A stretch of DNA of 64,000 bases from Candidatus Saccharimonadales bacterium (GCA_050730875.1 JBOHNX010000001.1:297972-361971); one strand, 5' to 3'. Counted from the stretch's first letter, positions 8,876 through 18,771 are shown. Notes: a model not told the origin generated them from the letters alone. A program made the numbers and translations.

Positions 8876-10276
8876 TTACTCTCCTCTTAAAACTTCTGCT
8901 GGGCGGACCTTAGCGATTAACCAAGCTGGTACAGCACTCCCGACAATTGCTATGCCAAGCGCCGCAAGCAAGCCGTACGCTAATGTGCTGAGCCCAATAT
9001 TGGTTGTCATAGTGCCAACGAGGTCTCGAGCATTCTGTCCCTCCATGCCTGGTGCGCCAAAGCGGACAGCATTTGGCCGGGCGCCACGCTCGGGGCCAGC
9101 AGAAACTGACGGCCCATCGTCCGTACTTGCCGCTTGAGACGCGTTGGTGTTAACGAGTGCGTTGGTAATACCATTGCCTGTTGCTACGGCAAAACCCATG
9201 CCAACCACTGCGCCCATCATGACGAGCACAATCGCTTCAACGATAAACTGCGCCACAATGCCGTGGTTTGAACCGCCAATGGCTTTGAGTACACCAATTT
9301 CGCGGCGGCGTTCGCGCACAATCATAAGCATGCTTAGGAAGATAACGGTTGCCGCGGCACCAAGAGCGACCACGAAGCCTACAATCGAGATTTGCTCGAC
9401 GCTTTTCAGGCCGTTCACTGCTTCCATGGCGTTTTCTTCAGTTGCTGTAACGTCGGCTTTATCTTCGCCGAGTGCTTTTTTAATGGCCGCGACGGTTGCA
9501 TTAAGGTTGTCTATAGAATCTACCTGAACGTTGATAGCAGAGATTTCGTCGCCAGCTCCAGCAAGGCGTTGTGCAGTTGCAAGAGGTATGTAAACCGAGT
9601 CGTTTGCAAACTTAGTGCCTGCGTCGAAGATGCCGACTACGGTAAATGTTTCGCCATACGCCTTAAAGGTTGAATCAATCTTCAGATTATTCTTTTCGGC
9701 CAAAGATTTGCCAATAACCGCGACATTTTTATCGTCATCTTTTAGCTGACGACCTTGGATAACATTGATACTCTTGCCATCCTCGGTTCTGTTGCCGCTG
9801 ATACCGCCGCCGTGGATTGGCAGTTTAAACTCTCCGCCGTCAGCTCTATCGCCGCTTACGTGGAGTCGTTCGCCAATTGTGCCTGGTTTGATGGATGATT
9901 CTAGATTGGTCTCGCCGGCTTTGGGACCACTGCTCCCAATGAACATTTTTGGACCGCCAGAACTATTACCCTCAGTTTCGAGCATGAAGTTAAGGAGAAC
10001 GCTGGTTTCAGCAACATGTGCTACTTGTTTGACTTTATCGGCATCAGCACTCTTTAGCGGTTCACCGCCGCCTTGCATATTAGCTGAGCCAGCCGGGCGG
10101 ACAAACAGATTTGTGCCTACTTTTGTTTTAAGGTCGTCAATTCGCGCCTTCACTGCTTGGTTGGCCAACAACATGGAAAGAGCTAAACCCATACTGATCG
10201 CTAAAATTAATACTATCGAGCTGGTACGTATACCATTGCGGAAGGCGTTTTTCACGCCCCGGACAATTACACTCAT
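8876..10276 (-). CDS. ABC transporter permease, FtsX/MacB-type
   Basis: N-terminal TM, large extracytoplasmic domain and a C-terminal FtsX-like 3-TM bundle (REIGVLKAIGG). Adjacent to the ATPase. Confidence 0.85.
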   Translation of the reverse strand: MSVIVRGVKNAFRNGIRTSSIVLILAISMGLALSMLLANQAVKARIDDLKTKVGTNLFVRPAGSANMQGGGEPLKSADADKVKQVAHVAETSVLLNFMLETEGNSSGGPKMFIGSSGPKAGETNLESSIKPGTIGERLHVSGDRADGGEFKLPIHGGGISGNRTEDGKSINVIQGRQLKDDDKNVAVIGKSLAEKNNLKIDSTFKAYGETFTVVGIFDAGTKFANDSVYIPLATAQRLAGAGDEISAINVQVDSIDNLNATVAAIKKALGEDKADVTATEENAMEAVNGLKSVEQISIVGFVVALGAAATVIFLSMLMIVRERRREIGVLKAIGGSNHGIVAQFIVEAIVLVMMGAVVGMGFAVATGNGITNALVNTNASQAASTDDGPSVSAGPERGARPNAVRFGAPGMEGQNARDLVGTMTTNIGLSTLAYGLLAALGIAIVGSAVPAWLIAKVRPAEVLRGE

Positions 10277-10339
10277 ACGGTTCCTTCGTTTAGGTTATGA
10301 GCGTAGTAAATAGGATTGTTCTGAGAAAAAGCTGAAAAT

Positions 10340-11338
10340 CTACACTAGGGGCAACTTCACAGTAAATGTTGAGCCTTTGCCGGGGCGGCTGACGACGCTA
10401 ATATTGCCGTCCATTTCTTCTATAAATTTCTTCGCAATGGCCAGCCCTAAGCCGTGGCCTTCAATTCGCTCTTTGCTGCGCGAGGTGTCGGCGCGGTAAA
10501 AACGGTCGAAGATATGCGCTTGGTCGGATTGTTTAACGCCATAGCCTTGGTCTCTCACTGTGACATAGCCATGTGTACCTTTTGCGAAGGTCGCCAGCGT
10601 GATGGTAGTGTTTTTAGGGCTGTACTTGATGGCGTTATCGATCAAAATACCGATGACCTTTTCAAGTTTGAACGCTGAAGCTTTGACTCTGACTGGTTTA
10701 ATATCGCATTTGGCTGTTATATTTTTGGCCTCGGCAAGCGATCGCAGCCGTTTACAAGTAGCGGTGGTGATTTCGTCTAGCGCAACAGGTTCGGCAGCGT
10801 CATCGGTTTCGCGCGCCAAGGTAAGGAGTGCCTCCGAGAGCGCGCTTAAGCGGTCAACTTCTTCCAGGTTGCTCTTTAGCAGCTCCTCTGCCTTCTCTTT
10901 CGTTAGGTTCTTATCGCGCAAGGCGACTTCTATCTCTGTTTTCATGGCTGCCAGTGGTGTGCGCAGTTCGTGCGAGGCATCGGCAGTAAAACGATTTTGA
11001 GCTTCGAGCGCCTCTTCGATTGGGCGCATAGTGCGTTTGGCTAGCATAAAGCTTGCAATGGCCCCGGCGCCCAGTACAAACAGGTTGAGATAGATCAAAT
11101 TAGCTAACAGTGTGCCACGACTTGCCTGTAGCTGTTCATCTGCTAAGCTTCGTACAACATGCAGTTTATTGGCATTTGGTGCGAACGGTTCTTCGAGTGC
11201 AATGGTTTGCCGTTCCAACCCTTCGCGCAGTTGCACGGTTGCCTCACGATAAATCCACGCACTAAACAGAATGCTAATCGCCATAATGATGACGACGTAC
11301 CATGCAGTTAGCCGGAGATATGCGGTGTTAAACATCAT
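10340..11338 (-). CDS. Sensor histidine kinase
   Basis: FTADASHELRTPL H-box and GHGLGLAIAKKF G-box. Overlaps the upstream response regulator by 4 nt. Confidence 0.85.
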   Translation of the reverse strand: MMFNTAYLRLTAWYVVIIMAISILFSAWIYREATVQLREGLERQTIALEEPFAPNANKLHVVRSLADEQLQASRGTLLANLIYLNLFVLGAGAIASFMLAKRTMRPIEEALEAQNRFTADASHELRTPLAAMKTEIEVALRDKNLTKEKAEELLKSNLEEVDRLSALSEALLTLARETDDAAEPVALDEITTATCKRLRSLAEAKNITAKCDIKPVRVKASAFKLEKVIGILIDNAIKYSPKNTTITLATFAKGTHGYVTVRDQGYGVKQSDQAHIFDRFYRADTSRSKERIEGHGLGLAIAKKFIEEMDGNISVVSRPGKGSTFTVKLPLV

Positions 11339-12009
11339 GCGTCTACTTTATACCCGAAACCACGTACTGTGTGAATAAGGGGTACGCTGGAGGGAAAGGC
11401 TTTGTCGATTTTTGCGCGCAAATAACCCATGTAAACTTCGACTGTGTTTGGCAAAATGTCGGCGTCGTAATCCCATACATGCGACATGATGGACTCCTTG
11501 GAAAGGATTCTCCCCTGGTTCCTTAGCAGATATTCGAGCAGAGCGAATTCTTTACTGGTAAGGGCAATTGGTTTGTCGGCGCGTCGCACATTATATGTTT
11601 GGGTATCGAGTGTTAGATCGGCTAATTTTAAAATGTGCCCTAATGTTTCATGCGGACGGCGAAGGAGGCTTCGAATGCGTGCCAGAAGCTCCTCGAACGC
11701 AAATGGTTTTACTAAGTAATCATCCGCACCGGCGTTGAGGCCATCCACGCGGTCATTCACTTTATCTTTAGCGGTAAGCATGAGAACGGGCGTGTTATTG
11801 CCCTGTTTTCGGAGTTCGTGAATTATTTCGATACCATCTTTTCCTGGTAGCATGCGGTCTAGCACAATGAGGTCGTAATTTTCGTCGAGCGCAAACCTCA
11901 GGCCATCGTCGCCGTTGTATTGCACATCGACAGCAAAAGATTCTTGCATAAGGCCTTTTCTTAAGGCGTTGGCAATTTTGTGCTCATCTTCGACAATAAG
12001 GATCTTCAT
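11335..12009 (-). CDS. OmpR-family response regulator
   Basis: MKILIVEDE...DLIVLDRMLPGKDG receiver domain and a winged-helix C-terminus (VRGFGYK). Confidence 0.9.
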   Translation of the reverse strand: MKILIVEDEHKIANALRKGLMQESFAVDVQYNGDDGLRFALDENYDLIVLDRMLPGKDGIEIIHELRKQGNNTPVLMLTAKDKVNDRVDGLNAGADDYLVKPFAFEELLARIRSLLRRPHETLGHILKLADLTLDTQTYNVRRADKPIALTSKEFALLEYLLRNQGRILSKESIMSHVWDYDADILPNTVEVYMGYLRAKIDKAFPSSVPLIHTVRGFGYKVDA

Positions 12010-12056
12010 GGTTTGCTTTAGCAGCCTACAGTTTGTGGCTGAGAAAAAGCTGAGAG

Positions 12057-13040
12057 CTAGCCTCCGCAGGTGCTGTCGGTAAGCGGTTCGAGCTTGCTGA
12101 AGCGCTCCCTTATTTGCGCGTCGCTTGGGCGGTCTTTTTGTACAAAGATAACTACGTTGCCAAGCAGGTTGTTAATTCGCTGCAGACGCTGTTCCTGAGT
12201 TTCGGACCCGTTGGGGTGGCCATCATCCACGCCGCCGTGCGCAGATGCCTTCGCAAAGAGCATGTTTAACAGGGTGGCTTGTTCTTCTGCCGGTAGATTA
12301 CTCTGTTTCTCGAAAAAGTCTTCGAGATCTTTCTTTAAGAAGCCGTCAAAAGTCTGTTCCAGATACCAGCTTTGGTCGCCCATAAAAACGTAAAACTTAG
12401 CATGTGCAGGCACAGCTGGGAGGATCTTGCCATGAAGCGGCACGCTGCGAATATTGCTGAGGTCGTCTACTTTGTAGCCCATGGAATTTGGCAAGCCGCC
12501 AATAAAGTTCCAGCCGTAGTACTTCAGTACCATGCCGCCTGTCATACCATCCCAGTGCACATGTACAATTTGATTCTTGTTGTCGTGGAAGTGCAGCGGC
12601 TCGGTCGTTAGGTCGGCGCTACAACTGTTTTTATCGTAGGGCACTTGGTACTTGGCGTCACCAAAGTTTTCGGCCTGTCCGTTCACTAACACTTGCATGC
12701 GGAAGTGGTAGTGTTGGAATTTTGGTGTGCGGATTTGCGCCGGGGACATGGCATACAAATAACTTCCCCAGGTAGCTGCGAGTAATACAACTACAACAGT
12801 TGTTACTAGCGACCAGCGCAGTAACTTTTGGTTCTTAGTTTCTGGCTTCAGCCAGTTAACGGCGCGTTGTAGTCTAGATGGGTTTTTGGCAGCTAGGCGC
12901 TCGGTTTCTTCTACGGAATATTTTGTAATATCCATACTGCAGGCATGATGCGCTTTGCAAAATGCCTCACATTTTTTGGCGAGCTCTTTGTCTTTATAGT
13001 GCAAACCACATTCTGGACACTGGTAGGTATCGTTTGCCAT
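12057..13040 (-). CDS. Hypothetical membrane-anchored protein with N-terminal zinc-ribbon
   Basis: YQCPECG...CEAFCKAHHAC, then one TM and a ~230-aa extracytoplasmic domain. Confidence 0.5.
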   Translation of the reverse strand: MANDTYQCPECGLHYKDKELAKKCEAFCKAHHACSMDITKYSVEETERLAAKNPSRLQRAVNWLKPETKNQKLLRWSLVTTVVVVLLAATWGSYLYAMSPAQIRTPKFQHYHFRMQVLVNGQAENFGDAKYQVPYDKNSCSADLTTEPLHFHDNKNQIVHVHWDGMTGGMVLKYYGWNFIGGLPNSMGYKVDDLSNIRSVPLHGKILPAVPAHAKFYVFMGDQSWYLEQTFDGFLKKDLEDFFEKQSNLPAEEQATLLNMLFAKASAHGGVDDGHPNGSETQEQRLQRINNLLGNVVIFVQKDRPSDAQIRERFSKLEPLTDSTCGG

Positions 13041-13054
13041 GCTTGTATGATCGT

Positions 13055-13180
13055 CTATTGAAAAATATTTAGCAAGCCATGCAGGAGCGAAATAATCGCG
13101 TCTATAAATGCTTTAATCAGGTTTAAAACAGTCTCTAAAAAACCGACAATAAGGTTCAGAAGGCCTTGTAGAATATCCAT
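13055..13180 (-). CDS. Possible 41-aa hydrophobic micro-protein
   Basis: ATG..TAG ORF MDILQGLLNLIVGFLETVLNLIKAFIDAIISLLHGLLNIFQ fills the gap between two minus-strand genes. Below the 60-aa track cutoff. Unverified. Confidence 0.25.
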   Translation of the reverse strand: MDILQGLLNLIVGFLETVLNLIKAFIDAIISLLHGLLNIFQ

Positions 13181-13184
13181 ATTA

Positions 13185-14264
13185 TTATTCTACCTCGTTC
13201 GTAGGCATGTTCATAAATTCACTGTATCGCTTGAGCGGCTGATCGATCGATGCGCGCGCTGCTTTATTGAGAGAAGTAAACGGTTGGAGTTGTACATTGA
13301 GTGACCTCTTTTTGATAACTCGCTTCCATGTTCCTACTATCTTGCCATTAATAACAATAAGCGGACTAAACATGCCGTTTGCGCCTGGGGCTACCTTTGC
13401 TGCGTGGTCTATTTCGAGAACAGCGCTGCGATTTTTGTAGCCTAGCAGGTATTCGTCGAATGGTGGTAGTAGGTGCGCGAGGGGCTTGGTTAAGTTGGTT
13501 TTTGGCAGATTACTTCCCATCCAGTAGATTCTGCCGTCTTGTTCGTGCGATATAAGTTGATCTTTGACGGATTCCAAGCCGGCCTTTACGTCTGCTGCGG
13601 TCAGTCCCGACCACCATATTAAGTCTTGCACGGTAGCCGGGCCGTGGCTCGTAAAATAGGTTTTTGTTAGCTTTGCTAGAGCTTCTTCGCGCGGTACCTC
13701 CGCTGCCTTTGGTGTCCAGTCATCTAGCAGAGCGAACGTAATTTGTTTGCCTTGCAGTGGTCCAAAGCAAAGAAACCCGGTTTGCGCCAAGTACCACAAA
13801 ATATGGTAGCCACGTTGACTGGCGGTCGAAATGCCGCCATGCTCCAAAACTTGCATCATTTCCGGCCGAGATAGCTGTTTGTCACCTTGAAGAGCTTTTG
13901 CAAAAAGTTCTCTGGCTCGATCGAAGTCCGATTGGCTTAGATTAAGATTTTCATGCCTGCGTTTTGCAGCGGCTAAGATTCGAGGCGTCGAAAGCGCAAG
14001 TCGCCACCCCGCTTCTTCTGGTACAACAAAATGAATGGTGCCGCGCATTGGCCACGTGCGTAGGATTTTGCGTTCGGCAACTGCTTGCTCTATATCTGCC
14101 TCGGTTGCGTTCGGCAGTCGCAATCCAATTGCCCATTTTGAACCCGGGTAATCTTGTGCCTGAATAGCGCCCATCCACCGCACTACCTCTTCTGGTGTGG
14201 TGCATTGCGGGTCTGTAATTTGTTGGTTGTATAACCGAAGTTGAGTAATATCTATATTCATCAT
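13185..14264 (-). CDS. Winged-helix YcaQ/AlkZ-like protein (DNA crosslink-repair glycosylase family)
   Basis: LRLYNQQI start, ILRTWPMRGTIHFV, and C-terminal FDEYLLGY...INGKIVGTWK, which are typical of this family. Confidence 0.7.
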   Translation of the reverse strand: MMNIDITQLRLYNQQITDPQCTTPEEVVRWMGAIQAQDYPGSKWAIGLRLPNATEADIEQAVAERKILRTWPMRGTIHFVVPEEAGWRLALSTPRILAAAKRRHENLNLSQSDFDRARELFAKALQGDKQLSRPEMMQVLEHGGISTASQRGYHILWYLAQTGFLCFGPLQGKQITFALLDDWTPKAAEVPREEALAKLTKTYFTSHGPATVQDLIWWSGLTAADVKAGLESVKDQLISHEQDGRIYWMGSNLPKTNLTKPLAHLLPPFDEYLLGYKNRSAVLEIDHAAKVAPGANGMFSPLIVINGKIVGTWKRVIKKRSLNVQLQPFTSLNKAARASIDQPLKRYSEFMNMPTNEVE

Positions 14265-14284
14265 AATTCTTAGTAAAAACTATA

Positions 14285-15274
14285 TTGAGAATACCAAACA
14301 TTAGCTCTACACTTAACAGCATGGAAGCACTGCCGACTCAGATTGCCGATTTTTTGAATGGCTTATTTTTATCGAAAGATGCAAGCCAAGATATTATCTT
14401 CTTCCGCCTGCTATTTGCTTCTGGCGTTGCGCTTATTGCTGCGTTTGCTATTAACCGCACGCTCACCCGCTTTATGCCGCGATTGGCAGAATTTTTAACC
14501 AACACCGCAGCAGGCAAAACGCACGGCGACGCACTTATATTAGTACGACGCACTGAAACATTCCTAAGTGTTGGCGCCGCAATAACGCGCGTGCTGGTAG
14601 TCATCTTGTGTTTGTATATTGCTTGGCGCCTGGTAAATCCAACAACCGCCCCCCTAGCCATCATTGGTGCCAGCACCTTGTTTATTGTGATTAGCGCCGG
14701 CACAATTGGCCCCTTGCTTCGCGACGTAACCAACGGCGTTTTGATGATTATAGGACGCTGGTATAATGTCGGCGACCATATTGTTGTTGATCCATTCGTA
14801 GAACTCAGTGGCGTTGTCGAGCAAATTACCTTACGTTCAACTAAGTTACGTACATTGAACGGTGAGGTTGTGTGGATCCATAACCAGCACATGCAAGCGG
14901 TTCGCGTTACACCTCGTGGAGTGCGTACAATCTCTATCGACACCTTTGTTGAGGATCTAGAGCTGGGTCGAAAACTTATAGAAAAAGTGCTAAAAACAAT
15001 GCCGACTGGGCCGGCGATGATCGCTACGCCACTTAAGATTGCTGAGGAAGAAGAGCTTGGAGGCTTATGGCGCATTACCGCAGTCGGCCAAACTGCCCCT
15101 GGGCGTGAATGGCTTATCGAAGACTTTGCAGTTAAAGCGCTAAAACAAGCTGATGAAGAGCTAAGCAAGGACGAGATTATTACCTACGGACCAATCGTCC
15201 GCTACACTGACCCGACCGCCGAAAGACAATTTGAACGTTCAATGCGCGCGCCTAATCCAAGAGCTAAGCGTTAG
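14285..15274 (+). CDS. Mechanosensitive ion channel (MscS family)
   Basis: TM helices followed by GDHIVVD..SGVVEQITLRSTKLRTLNGEVVWIHN (MscS beta domain). The true start may be the internal Met at 14321. Confidence 0.75.
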   Translation: MRIPNISSTLNSMEALPTQIADFLNGLFLSKDASQDIIFFRLLFASGVALIAAFAINRTLTRFMPRLAEFLTNTAAGKTHGDALILVRRTETFLSVGAAITRVLVVILCLYIAWRLVNPTTAPLAIIGASTLFIVISAGTIGPLLRDVTNGVLMIIGRWYNVGDHIVVDPFVELSGVVEQITLRSTKLRTLNGEVVWIHNQHMQAVRVTPRGVRTISIDTFVEDLELGRKLIEKVLKTMPTGPAMIATPLKIAEEEELGGLWRITAVGQTAPGREWLIEDFAVKALKQADEELSKDEIITYGPIVRYTDPTAERQFERSMRAPNPRAKR

Positions 15275-15546
15275 TCGTGTTTTCCGAACCGTTCTATAGC
15301 CCAAGCGTGAGCGCGTGCGGCTTCGACCTCTCTGGCGTGCGGTTTGGCATTTGTGACCATTGCGTGAAGTAGTTTTTGCGTGGCTGCAGCCACTTCTTTT
15401 AGGGCTGCGTTAAATGCAGCTTCGTTAGCTTTTGATGGCTCGTGAAAGCCTGAGACTTTTCTGACGAATTGCAGCGAAGCCGCGCGAATTTCTTCGTCCG
15501 TTGCCGGTGGTTCAAAGTTGAACAATGTCTTAATATTTCGGCACAT
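15271..15546 (-). CDS. DUF2277 family protein
   Basis: MCRNIKTLFNFEPPATDEEIRAASLQFVRKVSG is the hallmark N-terminus. Confidence 0.7.
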   Translation of the reverse strand: MCRNIKTLFNFEPPATDEEIRAASLQFVRKVSGFHEPSKANEAAFNAALKEVAAATQKLLHAMVTNAKPHAREVEAARAHAWAIERFGKHD

Positions 15547-15547
15547 A

Positions 15548-16903
15548 TTATTCAGTTGTTCCGTAAAAAACTGTTAAGCGATGAATAAGTTGTAGGACAG
15601 ACATCCACACCAATAATTCAACGATTTCAGGCGGTGGCAGCTCGCGTGTAGCTACTTCGATGTCTTCTGGCATTATTTCTGATGGGGCGGGGGCGGCTAC
15701 ACGAGCTAGCTGCAAGGCGGCAACGGCCGACCGTTCAAAATCTTTCAGTTGTTCGAGTGAACCATTTGCTGCAAAAGCACTCACAGCCTCGATTTCTGCG
15801 CTTGTAGCACCGGCTTTCTTAGCTAATTTACGCGCCGTCTGAACTAGCTCGGCATCTTCTGCAACAGTTGCGTACACTAAACCGACCAAGTGCTTAAGAC
15901 GCAAGCCAATTTCACTTGTTGCAGGATCGGTGTTGTCGCGCAGGATCGTTGCGACTGCCTGGACTGGACGATGGTGCTGAAGCTTGGATAAAATCGGCCA
16001 ATCATGACCAGTGTGCTCCTTTAGATAGTCGCCTACTTTGGGCCATCTGTTCGGAACACCCTTCGTCCATTGTTTATTGCGCCAAATGACCGCCGGAAGG
16101 TGCGGTATAAGGCCTAAAATTGTACCTAAATCATCGATTGGTGGCAGCCAGGACTTGTCTGGTTTAGTCTCGTCAGTTGTGTTGGTAGGCATGTGCTTGC
16201 CAGCCCGCCAACCCGAAGGCGCAATAACTTGTTCGGCGGGCACAATCATGCGTATTTCCAGCGGGACCGACACGGCATCCATAAATTTATTCAAAAAGCC
16301 CATTAACGCCACCGATAAAATAATCCACTCTACTTCTGCAGGATTGTAGACGGCTTTCAGCGCATCGCGCTCGTCCGGTGTTAGGGTAGTTGGTACACGT
16401 CCCAACGACTCGGCAACCGCGATAACCGCTAGTTCAGTCTCGTTGTAAACCTCCTCCGTTAAAATGCTCTGGGTCGCCATTGCGACCTTCTCGGCCGCTG
16501 TGCCACGTCTAATTGCGAACGAGCACGTATGGGCCGAACAGTAAGCGCAGCCCGATGCACGGCTGGCAGCATACATAGCTAGGCCCACGGTTTGTTTTAA
16601 ATGGTATGTTGGCAGCAATAGCGCCGGGATGTTAAGAAACGACGGCACCATTAAGTTGTAGCTACGAAAACCTGTCGGCCAAATCTCTAAGAATGCGTTC
16701 GAGTTGGGCTTAACGCCCAGTACTTGTTGGCCAATTCTTAGGAGCGGTCCGTGCCGCTGTTCCAAAATTGCAGGGTCAATTGTCGCGTTTTGCAACGCCG
16801 CCGCAAGCGTCATTGGTGATGCTGCCGCTGCAAGCGTCGTTGGGGATGCTTTTACTTTGTTAACCATTCTTTCAGTATGCCCAAGCACAACCATAAGCGT
16901 CAA
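15548..16903 (-). CDS. AhpD/carboxymuconolactone-decarboxylase-like protein (tandem domains)
   Basis: SGCAYCSAHTC CxxC-type motif in an all-helical context. Assignment tentative and start uncertain. Confidence 0.45.
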   Translation of the reverse strand: MTLMVVLGHTERMVNKVKASPTTLAAAASPMTLAAALQNATIDPAILEQRHGPLLRIGQQVLGVKPNSNAFLEIWPTGFRSYNLMVPSFLNIPALLLPTYHLKQTVGLAMYAASRASGCAYCSAHTCSFAIRRGTAAEKVAMATQSILTEEVYNETELAVIAVAESLGRVPTTLTPDERDALKAVYNPAEVEWIILSVALMGFLNKFMDAVSVPLEIRMIVPAEQVIAPSGWRAGKHMPTNTTDETKPDKSWLPPIDDLGTILGLIPHLPAVIWRNKQWTKGVPNRWPKVGDYLKEHTGHDWPILSKLQHHRPVQAVATILRDNTDPATSEIGLRLKHLVGLVYATVAEDAELVQTARKLAKKAGATSAEIEAVSAFAANGSLEQLKDFERSAVAALQLARVAAPAPSEIMPEDIEVATRELPPPEIVELLVWMSVLQLIHRLTVFYGTTE

Positions 16904-16911
16904 GGACGATG

Positions 16912-17211
16912 CTAGTCTTCGGCCGGCTTTGAGCTATCGGCTATGTCCTGTGCGCTGTGCGCAAAGCTAAAATCAAGCTCGGTAACGCCATCGGCATCGT
17001 GTGTCGTCAGCTTTATGAATACTTTGTTGTAGACGTTTGTCCATTCGGGATGATGATTCAGCTTCTCGGCAACAGCAGCAAGCCGAGTCATAAAAGCGAA
17101 AGCTGTTGGAAAATCTTTAAATGTAAATTCTTTTTGTAAAGATTTATCGGTGTACTTCCAACCCTCTAACTTAGTCAGTTGTTCGTCTATCTCGGATCGT
17201 GATATAGCCAT
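16912..17211 (-). CDS. 4a-hydroxytetrahydrobiopterin dehydratase (PCD/DCoH)
   Basis: LEGWKY..FTFKDF..AF.F..RLA..AE..NHHPEW.NVYN.V.I.L.THD pattern. Confidence 0.85.
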   Translation of the reverse strand: MAISRSEIDEQLTKLEGWKYTDKSLQKEFTFKDFPTAFAFMTRLAAVAEKLNHHPEWTNVYNKVFIKLTTHDADGVTELDFSFAHSAQDIADSSKPAED

Positions 17212-17383
17212 ATACCTATCGTAGCAGCTATTTAAGCCGGCTTCGGCTTAGAAGTAAGCCCATCGCGATATCGTCTCGGTATTTCGCAAGGTCTGGATTG
17301 TCGGTAAGCTTCTGCATTTCTTTAGCTGATAGTTGGTCCACTGGCTATTTATGCCCTCACGGTTCGAGCCCTATGAACCAAAA

Positions 17384-17424
17384 CAGGGTTTCGCAACGAC
17401 CTAAAAGGTTATTACGAAACCCTG
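17384..17424. repeat. Perfect 10-bp-stem hairpin in a non-coding gap
   Basis: CAGGGTTTCG (17384-17393) and CGAAACCCTG (17415-17424) with a 21-nt loop. Confidence 0.6.
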
Positions 17425-17490
17425 GCAGGCTGTCCTGGAAAATGGTTAAATTTATAAATTTGGACAAATATTTATGAAGGCCCGAATGAT

Positions 17491-17820
17491 CTACTGTTTA
17501 GACGGTCCAATTTCCACACCAGATACAGAAAGGAAATATTGTCTATCTTTAGTGAGCCCAGCCTGCAACAACCTAAAACCTCTTTTTTCAAACTCCGATA
17601 TTATCTCTAATGCTGTCTGATGCCATACGCGCCATAATAAGATGCTCTCTCCCTTTTCCAGTGTAACTTCACGTTGTCCCTCCGGGAATTTGAATTTTAT
17701 GGTCAGCGCGGTTTTTAATCGGACTCGTATATATCGCTCTCTGTCTTCCTTGTTGTAGCCCATCTCGACTTCATAAAGTGATTCGTCAATATTAAGCAGA
17801 TCACATCGGGTAGAAGGTGA
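17491..17820 (-). pseudogene. 3'-terminal remnant of an EgtD-like (Methyltransf_33) SAM-dependent methyltransferase
   Basis: The 90-aa ORF (plus in-frame upstream sequence without a start) matches only the C-terminal third of the family: Y/FN.E..RIE..L....F.F..GE.I....S.K. then GF. An upstream stop lies at ~17930 and there is no N-terminal SAM-binding domain. Confidence 0.45.
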
Positions 17821-18014
17821 AGCTACACTCGAAGGTGCCCGCCTTAGCCTACGAGATATAGATCCGCTATATAGTATATTGAATGAACCAGCTCTGGCTA
17901 ATGATCCGGAGTTCCAACGTGCACACGGTCAGCATGCGGAATTATTAGATTTAGTTCATACTATAGACCAGCCATGGTCGCCTGAGGGCGGCAGGCATCA
18001 ATATTGGAGGTAAA

Positions 18015-18446
18015 ATGCAACCACAAGACGGAGCCTTTGTCGTTCTCTTCAAAGACGAAACACATAAAGAAGTGTTCTTAGTATTTCGCTCGGACAAACC
18101 TATTTGGAATTTGCCGGGCGGTGGTATAGAACCGAGTGAGTCGCCTGAGCAAGCAGCCGTGCGTGAGGTTATGGAAGAAACCGGCTTTACTATTAAGCTT
18201 TCTCTATACGTTGGAACGTATCGGAATATCAATGTAAAAACTGGCGGTTTATGGAATAAAGCACATCTATATACTGGCGCGGTGACTGGCGGTACATTCA
18301 TTCCAGAATTCCCTGGTTGCAAGGGGCAATGGTTTGCTGTAGATGATCTTCCGGAGGCAATGCAGCCTGTTACTAGGGTCCGAATTGCAGATGCGCTGCA
18401 CCCCCCTGTGACTCCATTTGAAAAGGATTTTGTACCCGCTCAGTAA
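18015..18446 (+). CDS. NUDIX hydrolase
   Basis: Nudix box GGGIEPSESPEQAAVREVMEETG. Confidence 0.85.
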   Translation: MQPQDGAFVVLFKDETHKEVFLVFRSDKPIWNLPGGGIEPSESPEQAAVREVMEETGFTIKLSLYVGTYRNINVKTGGLWNKAHLYTGAVTGGTFIPEFPGCKGQWFAVDDLPEAMQPVTRVRIADALHPPVTPFEKDFVPAQ

Positions 18447-18620
18447 CTTTAGTTGTATGACAAACCTCCATTTTATATGTTTAGGCAATATATATCGAAG
18501 CCGAATGGCTGAAGCATATATAAAATAGCTTATCCATAGCAAATGTCCATGCCTCGTCGAGCGGACTTGCCGTTATTGATACGGAATGGGACGTGTCTCC
18601 TTATGCTGTTCTTGACGGCT

Positions 18621-18668
18621 ACAAAAAGCACGCGTTGCCGTCAAATTCAGCCGTCAAACGCGTGCTTT
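18621..18668 (-). terminator. Intrinsic terminator downstream of tRNA-Trp
   Basis: 12-bp stem AAAGCACGCGTT/AACGCGTGCTTT. The minus strand continues TTTTTG. Confidence 0.5.
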
Positions 18669-18694
18669 GCGGGTCTTCCCGCGTCGTTTACCTC

Positions 18695-18771
18695 TGGCAG
18701 GGGTAGAGGGATTCGAACCCCCGGCCCTCGGTTTTGGAGACCGATGCTCTAGCCAACTGAGCTATACCCCT
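18695..18771 (-). tRNA. tRNA-Trp (anticodon CCA), CCA encoded
   Basis: Hand-folded cloverleaf: acceptor AGGGGTA/TACCCCT, U8, D arm GCTC/GAGC, anticodon stem TCGGT/ACCGA with loop CUCCAAA, T arm GGGGG-TTCGAAT-CCCTC. Confidence 0.9.

Noticed and set aside
9765-10313. 182-aa plus-strand ORF
   Set aside because: It is antisense to the FtsX-type permease and crosses its start. It is a low-complexity Pro/Ser/Leu-rich shadow ORF.
14338-15168. 276-aa minus-strand ORF
   Set aside because: It lies entirely antisense to the well-supported MscS gene. Its composition is Ser/Arg/Thr-rich and low-complexity, typical of a shadow ORF.
18543-18752. 69-aa plus-strand ORF (and 27381-27692 minus-strand ORF)
   Set aside because: Both run through tRNA genes (Trp and Thr-UGU) and their terminators. 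Peptide stretches such as GIRTPGPRF and CKPRVMGSSP are translations of tRNA sequence.
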